Origin: Gammaproteobacteria bacterium HGW-Gammaproteobacteria-4
GTDB taxonomy: Bacteria; Pseudomonadota; Gammaproteobacteria; Xanthomonadales; Xanthomonadaceae
Direction: 5' to 3'
Assembly: GCA_002839995.1 (NCBI GenBank)
Contig: PGZC01000006.1
Location: 5,804-69,803 of the forward strand
Length of the DNA stretch: 64,000 bases
Under the pieces are notes generated by a model that saw nothing but the letters and a program-made list of their open reading frames with translations, ran no database searches and had not been told where the DNA came from. Position numbers and translations under genes: made by a program. Of the stretch, positions 8,623 to 19,172 are shown one piece after another. Position 1 is the first letter of the stretch; each line of letters opens with the position of its first letter.

Positions 8623-9984
8623 ATGGACACACATGCACCGCGGCGAGCAGCCAAAAGCAGCAAGACCATCGGCATTGCGGCACCCGAGTACGCCCGCCGT
8701 CGCCGGCAATTGATGCGTATGGCCGGCGAGGATGCCATCGCGATCCTGCCGGCGGCGCCGTTGCGCGTGCGCAGCAATGACACCCATTACCCCTATCGCC
8801 AGGACAGCGATTTCTGGTACCTGAGCGGTTTCCCGGAACCGGAGGCGGTACTGGTGCTGGTGCCCGGACGGGCGCACGGCGAGGTGCTGCTGTTCTGCCG
8901 CGAGCGTGATCCAGAGCGCGAATCGTGGGACGGCGCGCGCGCCGGCCCGGAAGGTGCGGTGGATCGTTACGGTTGCGACGACGCCTGGCCGATTGCGGAT
9001 ATGGACGAGATCCTGCCGGGTCTGCTCGAAGGCCGTAGCCGCGTGTACTATCATTTCGGCCGCGATGTCGAGTTCGACATCAAGCTGATGGGCTGGGTCA
9101 ATCGCGTGCGCGCACAGGTACGCCACGGCGCCCAGCCGCCGCACGAGTTCCTCGAACTGGGCCATCTGCTGCATGAATTGCGCCTGTTCAAGAGTGCCGC
9201 GGAATTGCGTCTGATGCGACACGCGGCGGCGATCAGCGCCGAAGCGCATGCCGCGGCCATGGCAGCGGCACGACCAGGGGTGCACGAGTACGCGGTCGAA
9301 GCCGCCCTGCTGCATGCGTTCCGGCGCAATGATGCTTACGCGGCGTATCACCCCATCGTCGGCGGCGGCGCACGTGCCTGCGTACTGCATTACATCGACA
9401 ATAACCGGATGCTGGCCGACGGCGAGTTGCTGCTGATCGACGCCGGTGCCGAATACCAGAACTACGCCAGTGACGTGACCCGCACCTTTCCGGTCAACGG
9501 CCGCTATTCCGTTGAACAGCGACAGCTCTACGAGGTGGTGCTGGCGGCGCAGCAGGCGGCACTGGCGTGTGCCCGGCCCGGCAGCAACTGGATCGCCGGC
9601 CATGATGCCGCCGTGGCGGTGATCACCGATGGCTTGCTGCGCCTGGGGCTGCTCAAGGGCAGCCTGAAAAAAGCCTTGGCCAGCGAGAGCTACAAACGCT
9701 ACTACATGCACAAGACCGGTCACTGGCTCGGCCTGGACGTGCACGACGTCGGCGATTACCGGCTGGCCGGTGCCTATCGAGAGCTCGAAGCGGGCATGGT
9801 GTTCACCATCGAGCCCGGCATTTATATTGCGCCGGGCAGCAAGGTGGCGGAGCGCTGGCAGGGCATCGGCATCCGCATCGAAGATAACGTTGCAATCACT
9901 GATGGTGGCCACGAAGTGTTGACCGCGGCGATCCCCAGCGCGCCCGATGACGTGGAGGAGGCGTTGGCGCCGTGTGGCAAGTGA
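8623..9984 (+). CDS. pepP: Xaa-Pro aminopeptidase
   Basis: AMP_N plus M24 peptidase motifs (YRQDSDFWYLSGF, LLLIDAGAEYQNYASDVTRTFPVNG, HKTGHWLGLDVHD, EPGIY, IRIEDN). ATG at 8623 within ORF 8572..9984. Confidence 0.9.
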   Translation: MDTHAPRRAAKSSKTIGIAAPEYARRRRQLMRMAGEDAIAILPAAPLRVRSNDTHYPYRQDSDFWYLSGFPEPEAVLVLVPGRAHGEVLLFCRERDPERESWDGARAGPEGAVDRYGCDDAWPIADMDEILPGLLEGRSRVYYHFGRDVEFDIKLMGWVNRVRAQVRHGAQPPHEFLELGHLLHELRLFKSAAELRLMRHAAAISAEAHAAAMAAARPGVHEYAVEAALLHAFRRNDAYAAYHPIVGGGARACVLHYIDNNRMLADGELLLIDAGAEYQNYASDVTRTFPVNGRYSVEQRQLYEVVLAAQQAALACARPGSNWIAGHDAAVAVITDGLLRLGLLKGSLKKALASESYKRYYMHKTGHWLGLDVHDVGDYRLAGAYRELEAGMVFTIEPGIYIAPGSKVAERWQGIGIRIEDNVAITDGGHEVLTAAIPSAPDDVEEALAPCGK

Positions 9985-10100
9985 AGTGCTCACGGCGGCA
10001 CCGCGCGTAGCCAACGCAGGTCGGATCGAACGCCACCGGCATGGATCCGACATGGTCATGTCACCCTCGTTTCCACGAAGACTCTCGATAAAAATCTGGC

Positions 10101-13100
10101 GTGAACCCGATCCAACACTACCAACGCCAGCTTGCGAACGCGCTCAGCCGCGATCAACGTCGATTGCGGCAGTTGCTGGCGCGGCTGCGGCGTGCGCCGG
10201 CCGACGCGGCGGCTACCGCTGCCCTGGAACAGGCGTTGGCGGCGTCGATAGCCACCCGCGCGGCGCGCGCGGCCGCATTGCCGACACCGAAGCTCGACGA
10301 CAGCCTGCCGATTGCGCAGCATGCCGAGCGCATCGTCGACTGCATTCGCCGCCATCCGGTGGTGGTGATCGCCGGTGAAACCGGTTCGGGCAAGACCACG
10401 CAGTTGCCGCAGTTGTGCCTGGCCGCCGGACGCGGCGCAGCCGGCATCATCGGCTGCACCCAGCCGCGCCGGATCGCGGCACGCTCGGTCGCCAACCGGG
10501 TCGCATCGGAACTTGGCGTGAATCTCGGTTCGGCGGTGGGCTATCAGGTGCGCTTCACCGAGCGGACCGCCGAGAACACCTGCATCAAGTTCATGACCGA
10601 CGGCATCCTGCTGGCCGAGATCCAGTCCGATCGCATGCTGTCGAACTACGACACCATCATTCTCGATGAAGCGCACGAGCGCAGCCTGAATATCGATTTC
10701 CTGCTCGGCTACCTGAAAACGCTGCTCGTGCGGCGCCGCGATCTGAAGCTGGTGGTGACCTCCGCAACCATCGATACCGAGCGCTTCTCGCGCTTTTTCG
10801 ACGACGCGCCGGTGATCGCGGTCGAAGGCCGCACGTTCCCGGTCGAGGTGCGCTACCGGCCGCCGCAGGGCGAGTCCGGCGACGGCGAAGATGGCGGTCG
10901 TGAACCGGTGCGCGACACCGTGGACGCCATCGTTGCGGCGGTGGACGAACTCACTCGTGAAGACCCGTTCGGCGACGTGCTGGTGTTCCTCGCCGGCGAG
11001 CGCGAGATTCGCGACACGCACCTGGCGCTGGAGCGGCGCAAACACCGTGCAACCAGCGTGCTGGCGCTATATGCGCGGCTTTCGACCCGCGAGCAGGATC
11101 GCGTGTTCAACCCCGAGCCCGGGCGACGCATCGTGCTCGCCACCAATGTTGCGGAAACCTCGCTGACGGTGCCGCGCATCCGCTACGTGATCGATCCGGG
11201 TTTCGCGCGGGTGAAGCGCTACAGCCCGCGCCAGAAACTCGATCGCCTGCACATCGAGCCGATCGCGCGCGCCAGTGCCGATCAGCGCAAGGGACGTTGC
11301 GGCCGCGTCGCGGCGGGTGTGTGCATCCGCCTGTACGCGGAGAGCGATTACCTGTCGCGGTCGCTGTATACCGATCCGGAAATCCGCCGTTCGAGTCTCG
11401 CCGGCGTGATCTTGCGCATGCTCGATCTGGGCCTGGGCAACATCGAGGACTTTCCGTTTCTGGAGCCGCCCGATGGCCGCGCGATTGCCGATGGCTGGCA
11501 GCAGTTGCAGGAACTGGGCGCGGTCGATCACGAGCGCAAGCTCAGCGCGACCGGCCGCAAGATGGCGCGACTCCCGGTCGATGTGAAACTGGCGCGGATG
11601 CTGGCGGCGGCCTGCGAGCATGGCTGCCTGCGCGAGACCACGGTGATCGCCGCGTTCCTGGGCATTGCCGATCCGCGCGAGCGCCCGGCGCAGGCGCGGC
11701 AGGCGGCCGATACCGCGCACGCGCAATTCAACGACGGCAAGTCCGAGTTCACCAGCATCTACGCGCTGTGGCTGGCGTATCGCGAGGCGCACGAAGCGCT
11801 GACCCAGTCGGCATTGCGCAACTGGTGCGAAAAGCATTTCCTTTCATTCCTGCGCATGCGCGAATGGCGCGAGCTGCATCGGCAACTGCTGTTGATGTGC
11901 GAGCAATTGGGCTGGTCGCTGAACGCGGAGGCCGCAGGTTACGCCGATATTCACCGCGCCCTGATTACCGGCTTGCCGACCCAGATCGGGCATCGCCTGG
12001 ACAAGGGGCAGTACGAAGGCCCGCGCGGGCGGCGTTACAGCCTGTTCCCCGGCTCGCCGCTGAGCAAGGCACCGCCGCCTTGGGTGTTGTCGGCGGTGTT
12101 GCTCGACACGCAACGGGTGTGGGGGTTGGTCAATGCCCGCATCGAGCCCGATTGGGTGATCGCGCAGGTTCCGCATCTGCTCGCGCGCAAGCATTTCGAC
12201 CCGCACTGGTCGCGGGCGCAGGGCCGGGTGCTGGCGTCGGAACAGATCAGCCTGTTCGGACTGGTGCTGGCGCCGAAGCGGCCGGTGCATTACGGCTCGA
12301 TCGCGCCGCTCGAAGCGTTCGATCTGTTCGTGCGCCAGGGTCTGGTGACCGGCGAAATCAATACCCGTGCCGGGTTTCTGGCGCGCAATCTGGCCATGCT
12401 CGAACAGGCGCGCGATGAAGAAGCCAAGTTGCGTCGCGCCGGACTGGTGGCCGACGAGGACTGGCAGGCGCGCTGGTATCTGGACCGGATTCCGGCGGAC
12501 ATCTGCACGGCGGTGGGTCTGGATGCCTGGTATCGAAAACTTCCCCCGGCACAACGGAAAAACCTTGAATGGCCACTGAGCGAATTGTTGCCCGGCGAGG
12601 GCAGCGAGGCCGACCGCTTTCCCAGGTTCCTGCGTCTGGGCGATACGCGGCTGGCGCTCAGCTACCGTTTCGAGCCGGGCGCAGCCGATGACGGGGTGAC
12701 CCTGGAGCTGCCGTTGCATCTGCTCGGCGCGCTCGATGGCGCACGTCTGGACTGGCTGGTTCCCGGTCTGGTCGAAGACAAGGCCAGCGCCCTGATCCGC
12801 AGCCTGCCCAAGGCCCTGCGCCGCAACTACGTGCCGGCGCCGGATTTTGCCCGCGCGTTCGCGCAGGCCTGGCCGCAGCCGTCGGCCGACAGCCTGGGCG
12901 GCGAGTTGGCGCGTTTTCTCGGCCGCGTCACCGGCGCGCCGCTGGCGGCGACCGACTTCGATCGCGCTGCGTTGCCGATCCACCTGCAGATGAATTTGCG
13001 CGTGCGCGACAGCAGCAACACGGTGCTGGCCGAGGGCCGCGATCTGGACGCGTTGCGCGCCGATCTGGGCGAGCGCGCCGAGCGCGCGTTCGCACGCCAT

Positions 13101-13997
13101 GCCGGCGAGGGCGTGCGGCAGCACGGGCTGCGTACCTTTCCCGCGGACGGGGTGCCCGAGACGATTTCCGGCGAGGCCGGATTGCCGGCGTATCCGGCGT
13201 TATGCGTGCGCGGCGATGAGGTGCAACTGGAGGTGTTCGCCGACGCCGAACGCGCGCGCGCGGAACACCGACGCGGCGTCCGCGCCCTGCTGCGTATCGC
13301 GCTCGCCGAGCGCCTGAAACAATTGCCACGGCAATTGCCGGTGTCGGCAAAGCTGGGCCTGGTTTACTCGGCGATTGAAAGTGCCGAGCGCCTGCGCGGC
13401 GACCTGATCGAGGCGGCGTTTGCGGCATTGACCGCCGACGCCGTGAACGCCATCCGCACCGCCGAAACATTTGCCGCGTGCGCCGAGCGCATCGGCCGCG
13501 AACTGTTGGCCACGGCAGTCGAGCGGCTGCAACTGGCGGAGACGATTCTGGCCGCCTATGTCGGCCTCAAATCCCTGCTCGAACCGCCGTTGATGGGCTG
13601 GGCCAGCGCCAGCTATGCCGACATGCATGCGCAGTTGGCGGCCTTGGTGTACCCCAGTTTTTTGCGCGAAACCCCTGAAGCGGTATTGCCGGAGCTGCCG
13701 CGTTACCTGCGCGCCATCGCCCAGCGCGCCGAGCGCGTGCGGCTGGATCCACAGCGCGATCAGGCGAGATTGCTGGAGTTGACCCCGTTTCTCGACGCCT
13801 TCGACGCCGCCCGGGAGGCCGGCGTGGGCGATGAGCCGCGTTGGCAGGCGCTGCGCTGGAACATCGAAGAGCTGCGGGTGTCGCTGTTCGCGCAATCGCT
13901 GGGCACGCGGCAGCCGATTTCGGTCAAGCGCCTTGCCCGCGAGCTGGAGCATCTCAAGGCGGCATTACCCTCGATTCGCAGGATGGGTAGAGCGTAG
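10101..13997 (+). CDS. hrpA: ATP-dependent RNA helicase HrpA (DEAH box)
   Basis: 1298 aa with GETGSGKTTQLPQ, ILDEAHERSLNIDFLLG, TSATID, TNVAETSLT and QRKGRCGR motifs, plus the long HrpA C-terminal extension. Confidence 0.95.
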   Translation: MNPIQHYQRQLANALSRDQRRLRQLLARLRRAPADAAATAALEQALAASIATRAARAAALPTPKLDDSLPIAQHAERIVDCIRRHPVVVIAGETGSGKTTQLPQLCLAAGRGAAGIIGCTQPRRIAARSVANRVASELGVNLGSAVGYQVRFTERTAENTCIKFMTDGILLAEIQSDRMLSNYDTIILDEAHERSLNIDFLLGYLKTLLVRRRDLKLVVTSATIDTERFSRFFDDAPVIAVEGRTFPVEVRYRPPQGESGDGEDGGREPVRDTVDAIVAAVDELTREDPFGDVLVFLAGEREIRDTHLALERRKHRATSVLALYARLSTREQDRVFNPEPGRRIVLATNVAETSLTVPRIRYVIDPGFARVKRYSPRQKLDRLHIEPIARASADQRKGRCGRVAAGVCIRLYAESDYLSRSLYTDPEIRRSSLAGVILRMLDLGLGNIEDFPFLEPPDGRAIADGWQQLQELGAVDHERKLSATGRKMARLPVDVKLARMLAAACEHGCLRETTVIAAFLGIADPRERPAQARQAADTAHAQFNDGKSEFTSIYALWLAYREAHEALTQSALRNWCEKHFLSFLRMREWRELHRQLLLMCEQLGWSLNAEAAGYADIHRALITGLPTQIGHRLDKGQYEGPRGRRYSLFPGSPLSKAPPPWVLSAVLLDTQRVWGLVNARIEPDWVIAQVPHLLARKHFDPHWSRAQGRVLASEQISLFGLVLAPKRPVHYGSIAPLEAFDLFVRQGLVTGEINTRAGFLARNLAMLEQARDEEAKLRRAGLVADEDWQARWYLDRIPADICTAVGLDAWYRKLPPAQRKNLEWPLSELLPGEGSEADRFPRFLRLGDTRLALSYRFEPGAADDGVTLELPLHLLGALDGARLDWLVPGLVEDKASALIRSLPKALRRNYVPAPDFARAFAQAWPQPSADSLGGELARFLGRVTGAPLAATDFDRAALPIHLQMNLRVRDSSNTVLAEGRDLDALRADLGERAERAFARHAGEGVRQHGLRTFPADGVPETISGEAGLPAYPALCVRGDEVQLEVFADAERARAEHRRGVRALLRIALAERLKQLPRQLPVSAKLGLVYSAIESAERLRGDLIEAAFAALTADAVNAIRTAETFAACAERIGRELLATAVERLQLAETILAAYVGLKSLLEPPLMGWASASYADMHAQLAALVYPSFLRETPEAVLPELPRYLRAIAQRAERVRLDPQRDQARLLELTPFLDAFDAAREAGVGDEPRWQALRWNIEELRVSLFAQSLGTRQPISVKRLARELEHLKAALPSIRRMGRA

Positions 13998-14044
13998 GTC
14001 GGCGAAACCCATCCTATGGACTCGGGACTCGGGAAAAGCGAATG

Positions 14045-14124
14045 GTCCGCAAAGGACGCAAAGTTCGCAAAGGAAAGCCCACATGTTGATTCTTTTTTTT
14101 GCGCCCTTCGCGTTCTTTGCGGAC
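14045..14124. terminator. imperfect inverted repeat between convergent hrpA and 14191..15894; possible bidirectional terminator
   Basis: GGTCCGCAAAGGACGCAAAGTTCGCAAAGG ... T-rich core (GATTCTTTTTTTT) ... GCGCCCTTCGCGTTCTTTGCGGAC. The arms are built from CGCAAAG / CTTTGCG heptamers. Confidence 0.4.
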
Positions 14125-14190
14125 TATCCGCTCTTGCTCTTGTTGGGAACAGGAGCTTCGTGATTGACGGGTTTTATAGCTGATTGCGCC

Positions 14191-15894
14191 TCAGGGCAAC
14201 ACCGACTGCTGCGAAAATTCGATGCCGCGTTCGGTGATGTCCATGCGCACCCGCGTGCGCTTGAACATGCTCGGATAAATTCGTGCAATGGCCAGGTCCT
14301 GCTCGGCCTTGGCGCGGGCTTCGGGGCTGGCGTCTGCTGCCAATTGGCGCAGGTTCCACTGCGCGATATCCACATACAGCGCGCTGTTCATGCCGATCAC
14401 CAGCAACGGCTGCTGCGCATCGTCGCTGCGCAGCAGTTGCGGCATCGCGTTCTCCTCGCCCGCGCCGATGCTCACTGCCAGCGCGTTGTCGCTCATTGCG
14501 GCAAACATCGGCGCCTGCAAACCCAGTTCGGGCATCGCCGGCAACGGCACCGGTTGACTGTCGGCCTTCAATTGCACCGCGCCCAGGGCCGGCGCCATGC
14601 TGCGCGCGATGCCAAGCAGCGATGCCGGGTTGTCGCCGGCGACGACCAGCGCGCCGGCAACGTCGGGCATGGCCGCGCCATTGGGCCATTGCAAGCGGTT
14701 GATGACGGCGAACACGCTGCGCACCATCGCTGCCGAGCCGAGCAGCGCCGGGTTGGTGGAAAGCGTTTTCAGGTTCTTGGCCGCGTCGTTGAGCGATGTC
14801 AGTTCGGGACATTGCCACGGTGTCTGTTCGGTGGCCTTGACCAGTGCGCCGATCACGGCGGGAACCTGTTGCAGCGCGATGCTCACGCCCAGATCGAGCA
14901 CGCTGTCTTCGTTGACCGCGTCCAATCCGGGCATCGGAGCACGCAGCCGCATCAGGTTGCTCGCGATATCGGCGCGCAATTGCAACACGCTGAGCGCTTC
15001 CACTTGGCGATCGCCGACCTGCGTGTACCCGACAACCAGGCGCGGCATCGCGTCGGCAATTTGCCCGAACTCGCTGCTGCACTGCGCGCCCGGCTGCGAC
15101 TGCGGCATGCCGAGTGCAACCTGCAGCGCGCTATCGGGTGCGCTGAGCGGCGCGGTGGTGGCATGCAACAGCGCGGTGCTGTCGATGTAGCCGGCAATCC
15201 CCGAATGCAGGCCATAGTCCGCGATGACCGTATCCAGCGTGCCCGCCGCTTGCAGCGAGCGATCCGGCAAATCCAGGCCGAGCACGGCGCGCGTCGCTGC
15301 ATCCGGTGCCGGATCCGATGCGAGGCTGAGTACGAGGGTGGAATCGATCACCGCCATCACCAGGCGCAACGGCGATTGGCCCAGCGGCAGATACCAATAT
15401 TCATGCTCGCCGATTTTCGCTTGCGCCAGGCGTTGCCCGGCATGTTGCTCGATGCGTGCCACGCTCTGGGCAAATGCCTGCGGTTGATCCAGCTCCATGC
15501 GCAATACCGGGGTCAGGCCCACGCCATAAAGCACGTTGCGGCCGCCCAGTCGCACGCCGAGCACGGCATGGATCTGCTCCAGATCCTTGCCGGCAAATTC
15601 GCTTTCGAACGCAGCGATCAGCTTGCCGAGCTCGCCATTTCCGCTGTCGCCGGCAAGCAAGGCGGCTTTCACCGGCTCGACCAGCATCGCCAACACGTCG
15701 CTGCTCAAGCCGTACTGGCGCAACATCGCGCGTGCCTGATCGGCGGACAGTGCCTTGTTGGCAGCGAACACATACGGCGTATCGGCCGGTACGTAAGCGA
15801 GTGGGTTGCCGGTCTCTTCGCGGCGTCCTTGGTACCACCACACGGCGGATGCCACGGCGATTAACAGCATTACAGCAGCAACGGACTTGCGCAT
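14191..15894 (-). CDS. hypothetical membrane-anchored/secreted protein (no family recognised)
   Basis: 567-aa ORF with N-terminal hydrophobic anchor MRKSVAAVMLLIAVASAVWWY and coding-like composition. It lies downstream of hemY on the same strand. Confidence 0.6.
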   Translation of the reverse strand: MRKSVAAVMLLIAVASAVWWYQGRREETGNPLAYVPADTPYVFAANKALSADQARAMLRQYGLSSDVLAMLVEPVKAALLAGDSGNGELGKLIAAFESEFAGKDLEQIHAVLGVRLGGRNVLYGVGLTPVLRMELDQPQAFAQSVARIEQHAGQRLAQAKIGEHEYWYLPLGQSPLRLVMAVIDSTLVLSLASDPAPDAATRAVLGLDLPDRSLQAAGTLDTVIADYGLHSGIAGYIDSTALLHATTAPLSAPDSALQVALGMPQSQPGAQCSSEFGQIADAMPRLVVGYTQVGDRQVEALSVLQLRADIASNLMRLRAPMPGLDAVNEDSVLDLGVSIALQQVPAVIGALVKATEQTPWQCPELTSLNDAAKNLKTLSTNPALLGSAAMVRSVFAVINRLQWPNGAAMPDVAGALVVAGDNPASLLGIARSMAPALGAVQLKADSQPVPLPAMPELGLQAPMFAAMSDNALAVSIGAGEENAMPQLLRSDDAQQPLLVIGMNSALYVDIAQWNLRQLAADASPEARAKAEQDLAIARIYPSMFKRTRVRMDITERGIEFSQQSVLP

Positions 15895-15932
15895 ACCGGC
15901 GATCCTGTGAAGACTACGACAAAGGGGTCAAC

Positions 15933-17186
15933 TTACCCGCGCAGGCGCGGCATGCCATGTGCGTCGCGTTCCTCAGGTACCGCCTCGTCCTGAATCTGCT
16001 GGCGCAGGCTGCGGCCAGTGAGCGCGACGGCGCGCTTGCCGCCGCGTACGGCCAGCGCATTGGCGAACGCCTGACGTGCACGCTTGTCGTCGTTCTGGCT
16101 GGCAAAGCACTGGCCCAACACTTCCCAGGCCTCACCGCCGGCACCCTGCGCGATGGCGCGATGGGCGTATTCTTCGGCGTCGGTCCAGCGTGCTTCGCTG
16201 CGGCAGATGCGACTCAACGCCAACAACAGTTCCGGGCTGGACGAATGCGCCGTCAGCCAGGCCTCCGCATCGGCCAGCCGCGAGCCGCTGCGCGGCTTCG
16301 GCAACTCGCCATACAGCGAAGCCAGGGAGTCGGACCAATTGCGTTTGAGCGCATGTTCGATCGCCTGCGCCGCCTGTTCTTCCATGCCCAGGTCCATTGC
16401 CCGTCGGGCATAACCGGCAACCACATCGGCGTCTTCGCGCAGCGCGCCGGAGACCCGGCGCCACAGTCCATCCAGTGCGCCGGCATCCGCGCACTGACGC
16501 AGAGCAAGCACATGCAACTCACGGTCGAATACGTCAGCGGCGACATCGGATAGCACCCGGCTGCGACGAATGGCGGCCATCAGCGGCAACGCTTCAGCGG
16601 CACGGCCGGCGCCGGCGAGCGCTCGTGCGCGAACTTCATGGCTGGCTGGCGGCAGCGGCCGCTCGCTGATCCGGTCGAGCTGCACCAACGCCGCAGCGGG
16701 CTGCTTTGCGGCGAGCGCCAGGCGCGCGCGCTCCAGCGCCACGGCACCGCGATCGGGCTGCGCCGCGGCCAGATCGAGCAGGTGTTCGGCGTCTGCCTCG
16801 TCGCCGCGCGCGCGCGCGGCGCGGGCGGCGGCAAGCAACGCCGGCAAGCGCACCCGTGATTCATCGGCGGCCTTTTCCAAGAGCTTCTGCGCGCGCAACC
16901 AGCGCCCCTCGTGCAACGCAACCAGGCCATCGCTCAGACGTGCGCGCGCGCGCCGCCGCCGGTAACGGATCCAGACCCGAAACGGGATGCGGATGATCGA
17001 CAGCAGCAGCCAGACGGCAAGGGTGGCAAGGATGAGAAACAGGGCGGCGACCGGTACCGAGGTGCTGATGTCGTAGCCGCGAAAGCGCACGATCACCAGG
17101 CCCGGATCGCTGGATATAACCTGCCACAGCAGCGCGCCGGCCAGCATCGACAGCAACAACCAGAGCAAGGTCCGTAACAGCTTCAT
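15933..17186 (-). CDS. hemY: HemY-like protein (HemY_N + TPR)
   Basis: Two N-terminal TM segments (LLWLLLSMLAGALLW; VAALFLILATLAVWLLLSII), then RYRRRRARARL...LHEGRW and TPR-like repeats. It follows hemX. Confidence 0.8.
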   Translation of the reverse strand: MKLLRTLLWLLLSMLAGALLWQVISSDPGLVIVRFRGYDISTSVPVAALFLILATLAVWLLLSIIRIPFRVWIRYRRRRARARLSDGLVALHEGRWLRAQKLLEKAADESRVRLPALLAAARAARARGDEADAEHLLDLAAAQPDRGAVALERARLALAAKQPAAALVQLDRISERPLPPASHEVRARALAGAGRAAEALPLMAAIRRSRVLSDVAADVFDRELHVLALRQCADAGALDGLWRRVSGALREDADVVAGYARRAMDLGMEEQAAQAIEHALKRNWSDSLASLYGELPKPRSGSRLADAEAWLTAHSSSPELLLALSRICRSEARWTDAEEYAHRAIAQGAGGEAWEVLGQCFASQNDDKRARQAFANALAVRGGKRAVALTGRSLRQQIQDEAVPEERDAHGMPRLRG

Positions 17187-18175
17187 GACCGGCTCCCGCT
17201 GACGATGGTGTTGTCGCGCAACACGCGCAATTGCTCCAGGGTGCTGCCGAGCACCGGCAAATCCAGGCTCAGCGGCTGGCTGCGCAGCGCCTCCAGCTGT
17301 GCCAGATGCGCCTGTCGTGCATCGGATGCGGGGTACAGACGTTGCAGGGCATCGACGATACGCGCAAGCGCACTGCGAAAGCCGGCTTCGTCACGGCGCT
17401 CGAGCGCGGCCCGCGCCAGCGCCAATTCCAGATTCAGCGCGGTTCGCGCCAGGCCGCGCTCATCGGCGGCCAGCAATTGCTGCGGATCGGTGCGCCGCAC
17501 CTGAACCAGATGGCCGAGCAACTCGCGCCAGCGCGGCTGCGGCGCATCCGTTGCATCGGCTTTGGGTGCGGCGCCGAGGTCGTCGAGCGCCGCTTCCAGC
17601 GTGTCCAACGTCGCCGTGGCGCGTGTGCGCGGGTCTTCCGGCGCTGCACGCAGGGCGGCGAGCTCCTGGGCAAGGGTTTGCCGCAAGCTGACGAACCGCG
17701 GATTGGCGACGCCGGCAAAAATTGCTTCGGCCAGCACATAGGCACGCTCCGCGGCGGCGCGGTCGTTGGCCAGGTCGAGCCGTTCGATCGCCATGACCAG
17801 CAACAACTCGGCTTCATCCAGGCGCAATGTCTGCGCGCTGCCGATTTCCGGGTCGGCGAGCCGATTGACGGCGTCCTCGAGCAGGGCGGCGCGCTCGCCG
17901 ATGCCGAGCAGGTCATCGCGGATGATGCGCTGCGCCGCCGCGTTGGCGACGATGCGTTCGCCGATCTGGCGCAGCTCGTTGCTCTGGGCTTGCACCTGCG
18001 ATTCGAGCAGCGCGATGCGCTGCGCGGTATCGTCTACCGGCGCCGGCGCAAACCATTGTCCGATGGCGTCATGCCAGCGCCACCAGGCCAGTGCCAGCAC
18101 TGCCAGCAGCAGCAAAAGCGACAGGGCAAAACCGATCAGACGGCTTCGATTGCGGGGGGCGGGTGCTTCACTCAC
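17183..18175 (-). CDS. hemX: HemX-family membrane protein (putative uroporphyrinogen-III C-methyltransferase family)
   Basis: N-terminal TM segment (LIGFALSLLLLLAVLALAWW) and a coiled-coil periplasmic region. Position between hemD and hemY. 4-nt overlap with hemY. Confidence 0.7.
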   Translation of the reverse strand: MSEAPAPRNRSRLIGFALSLLLLLAVLALAWWRWHDAIGQWFAPAPVDDTAQRIALLESQVQAQSNELRQIGERIVANAAAQRIIRDDLLGIGERAALLEDAVNRLADPEIGSAQTLRLDEAELLLVMAIERLDLANDRAAAERAYVLAEAIFAGVANPRFVSLRQTLAQELAALRAAPEDPRTRATATLDTLEAALDDLGAAPKADATDAPQPRWRELLGHLVQVRRTDPQQLLAADERGLARTALNLELALARAALERRDEAGFRSALARIVDALQRLYPASDARQAHLAQLEALRSQPLSLDLPVLGSTLEQLRVLRDNTIVSGSRS

Positions 18176-18208
18176 GGCGATGGCGTTCTAAGCAAGATGG
18201 TGCCCATG

Positions 18209-18997
18209 CTACCGGAACCGTGATTCGGCGTGAAATTCGGCCAGTGCATCGAGCATGGCCAATGGCCTCGCGCTGGCGGCATGAACGACGCGCTCGAACC
18301 CGGCCAGGCGCAGGTGTTTCTCCAGCCGTGCGCTGGCGGCCACGATCAGCGCACGGTCCAGGATGGCACGCGCGCTGGCCGGGCACTGTTGGAGCAGGGC
18401 ATCAAGCGCCTCGCCACTGCTCACCATGAGCGCCAGTGGCGTTGTGATGTGCGCCAGTTTTGCCCAGACATCGTTGCCGATCGTGCGCAGTACCCGTTGG
18501 TAGACTTCGGCGACATGCAGTTGCCGCGCACGTTGGGCCAACACCGCGGCCAGGATGCCGCGACCGCCCGGTGCGGTGATCAGGCCGACGCTGAGCGTGG
18601 CGATTTGCTGCAACTGCGGCAGCGACAGCAGGCCCTCGCTGTCCATGCGTTCGAGCGGATGCGCGGCGTCGATACCCAGACTGGCCAGGGCCGTTGCCGT
18701 GCCGGCACCGACTGCCAGCACCACCCGTGCATTACCCGGTGCCAATGCGCGTTGCGCGTCGGCGAAGTGCACCGCCGCCGGGCTGCTGAACACGACCCGG
18801 TCGGCGTTCAGGGCGCGCTCCAGTGCCTCGCCCGCGGGCAGGGCTCGCAACGCCAGCGGCGATAGCGCGAGCAGCCTGGCGCCGCGTCGCATCGCCGCCC
18901 GGCGCAGCGGCGCATGCTCGCCACTCGGGCGCAGCGAGAGGATCGTCCAACCCGGTAGATCGGGTGGCAGCGGGTTGCCGGGCGTCGATTTGGACAT
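18209..18997 (-). CDS. hemD: uroporphyrinogen-III synthase
   Basis: ATG at 18997 (MSKSTPGNPLPP...). HEM4-like alpha/beta repeats. hemD-hemX-hemY synteny. The upstream part of ORF 18209..19132 runs into a REP hairpin. Confidence 0.8.
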   Translation of the reverse strand: MSKSTPGNPLPPDLPGWTILSLRPSGEHAPLRRAAMRRGARLLALSPLALRALPAGEALERALNADRVVFSSPAAVHFADAQRALAPGNARVVLAVGAGTATALASLGIDAAHPLERMDSEGLLSLPQLQQIATLSVGLITAPGGRGILAAVLAQRARQLHVAEVYQRVLRTIGNDVWAKLAHITTPLALMVSSGEALDALLQQCPASARAILDRALIVAASARLEKHLRLAGFERVVHAASARPLAMLDALAEFHAESRFR

Positions 18998-19102
18998 GCC
19001 TGTTAATGTCGCACAACTCCGACCGCGTCGTCGTGCAGTCCGCCCGGCACACGCGTGGCGATGGGTTTGAGCGTGCGGCTGATGCGCGTATCCGTCTGAT
19101 AG

Positions 19103-19172
19103 GTCGCCCACAGGGTGGGCTCCTACAAACAAGCGTCAACGCGTCCTTGTAGGAGCCCACCCTGTGGGCGAC
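19103..19172. repeat. REP-like hairpin
   Basis: GTCGCCCACAGGGTGGGCTCCTACAA ... TTGTAGGAGCCCACCCTGTGGGCGAC forms a near-perfect inverted repeat. The same arms recur near 30130-30205 and 52375-52445. Confidence 0.85.
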
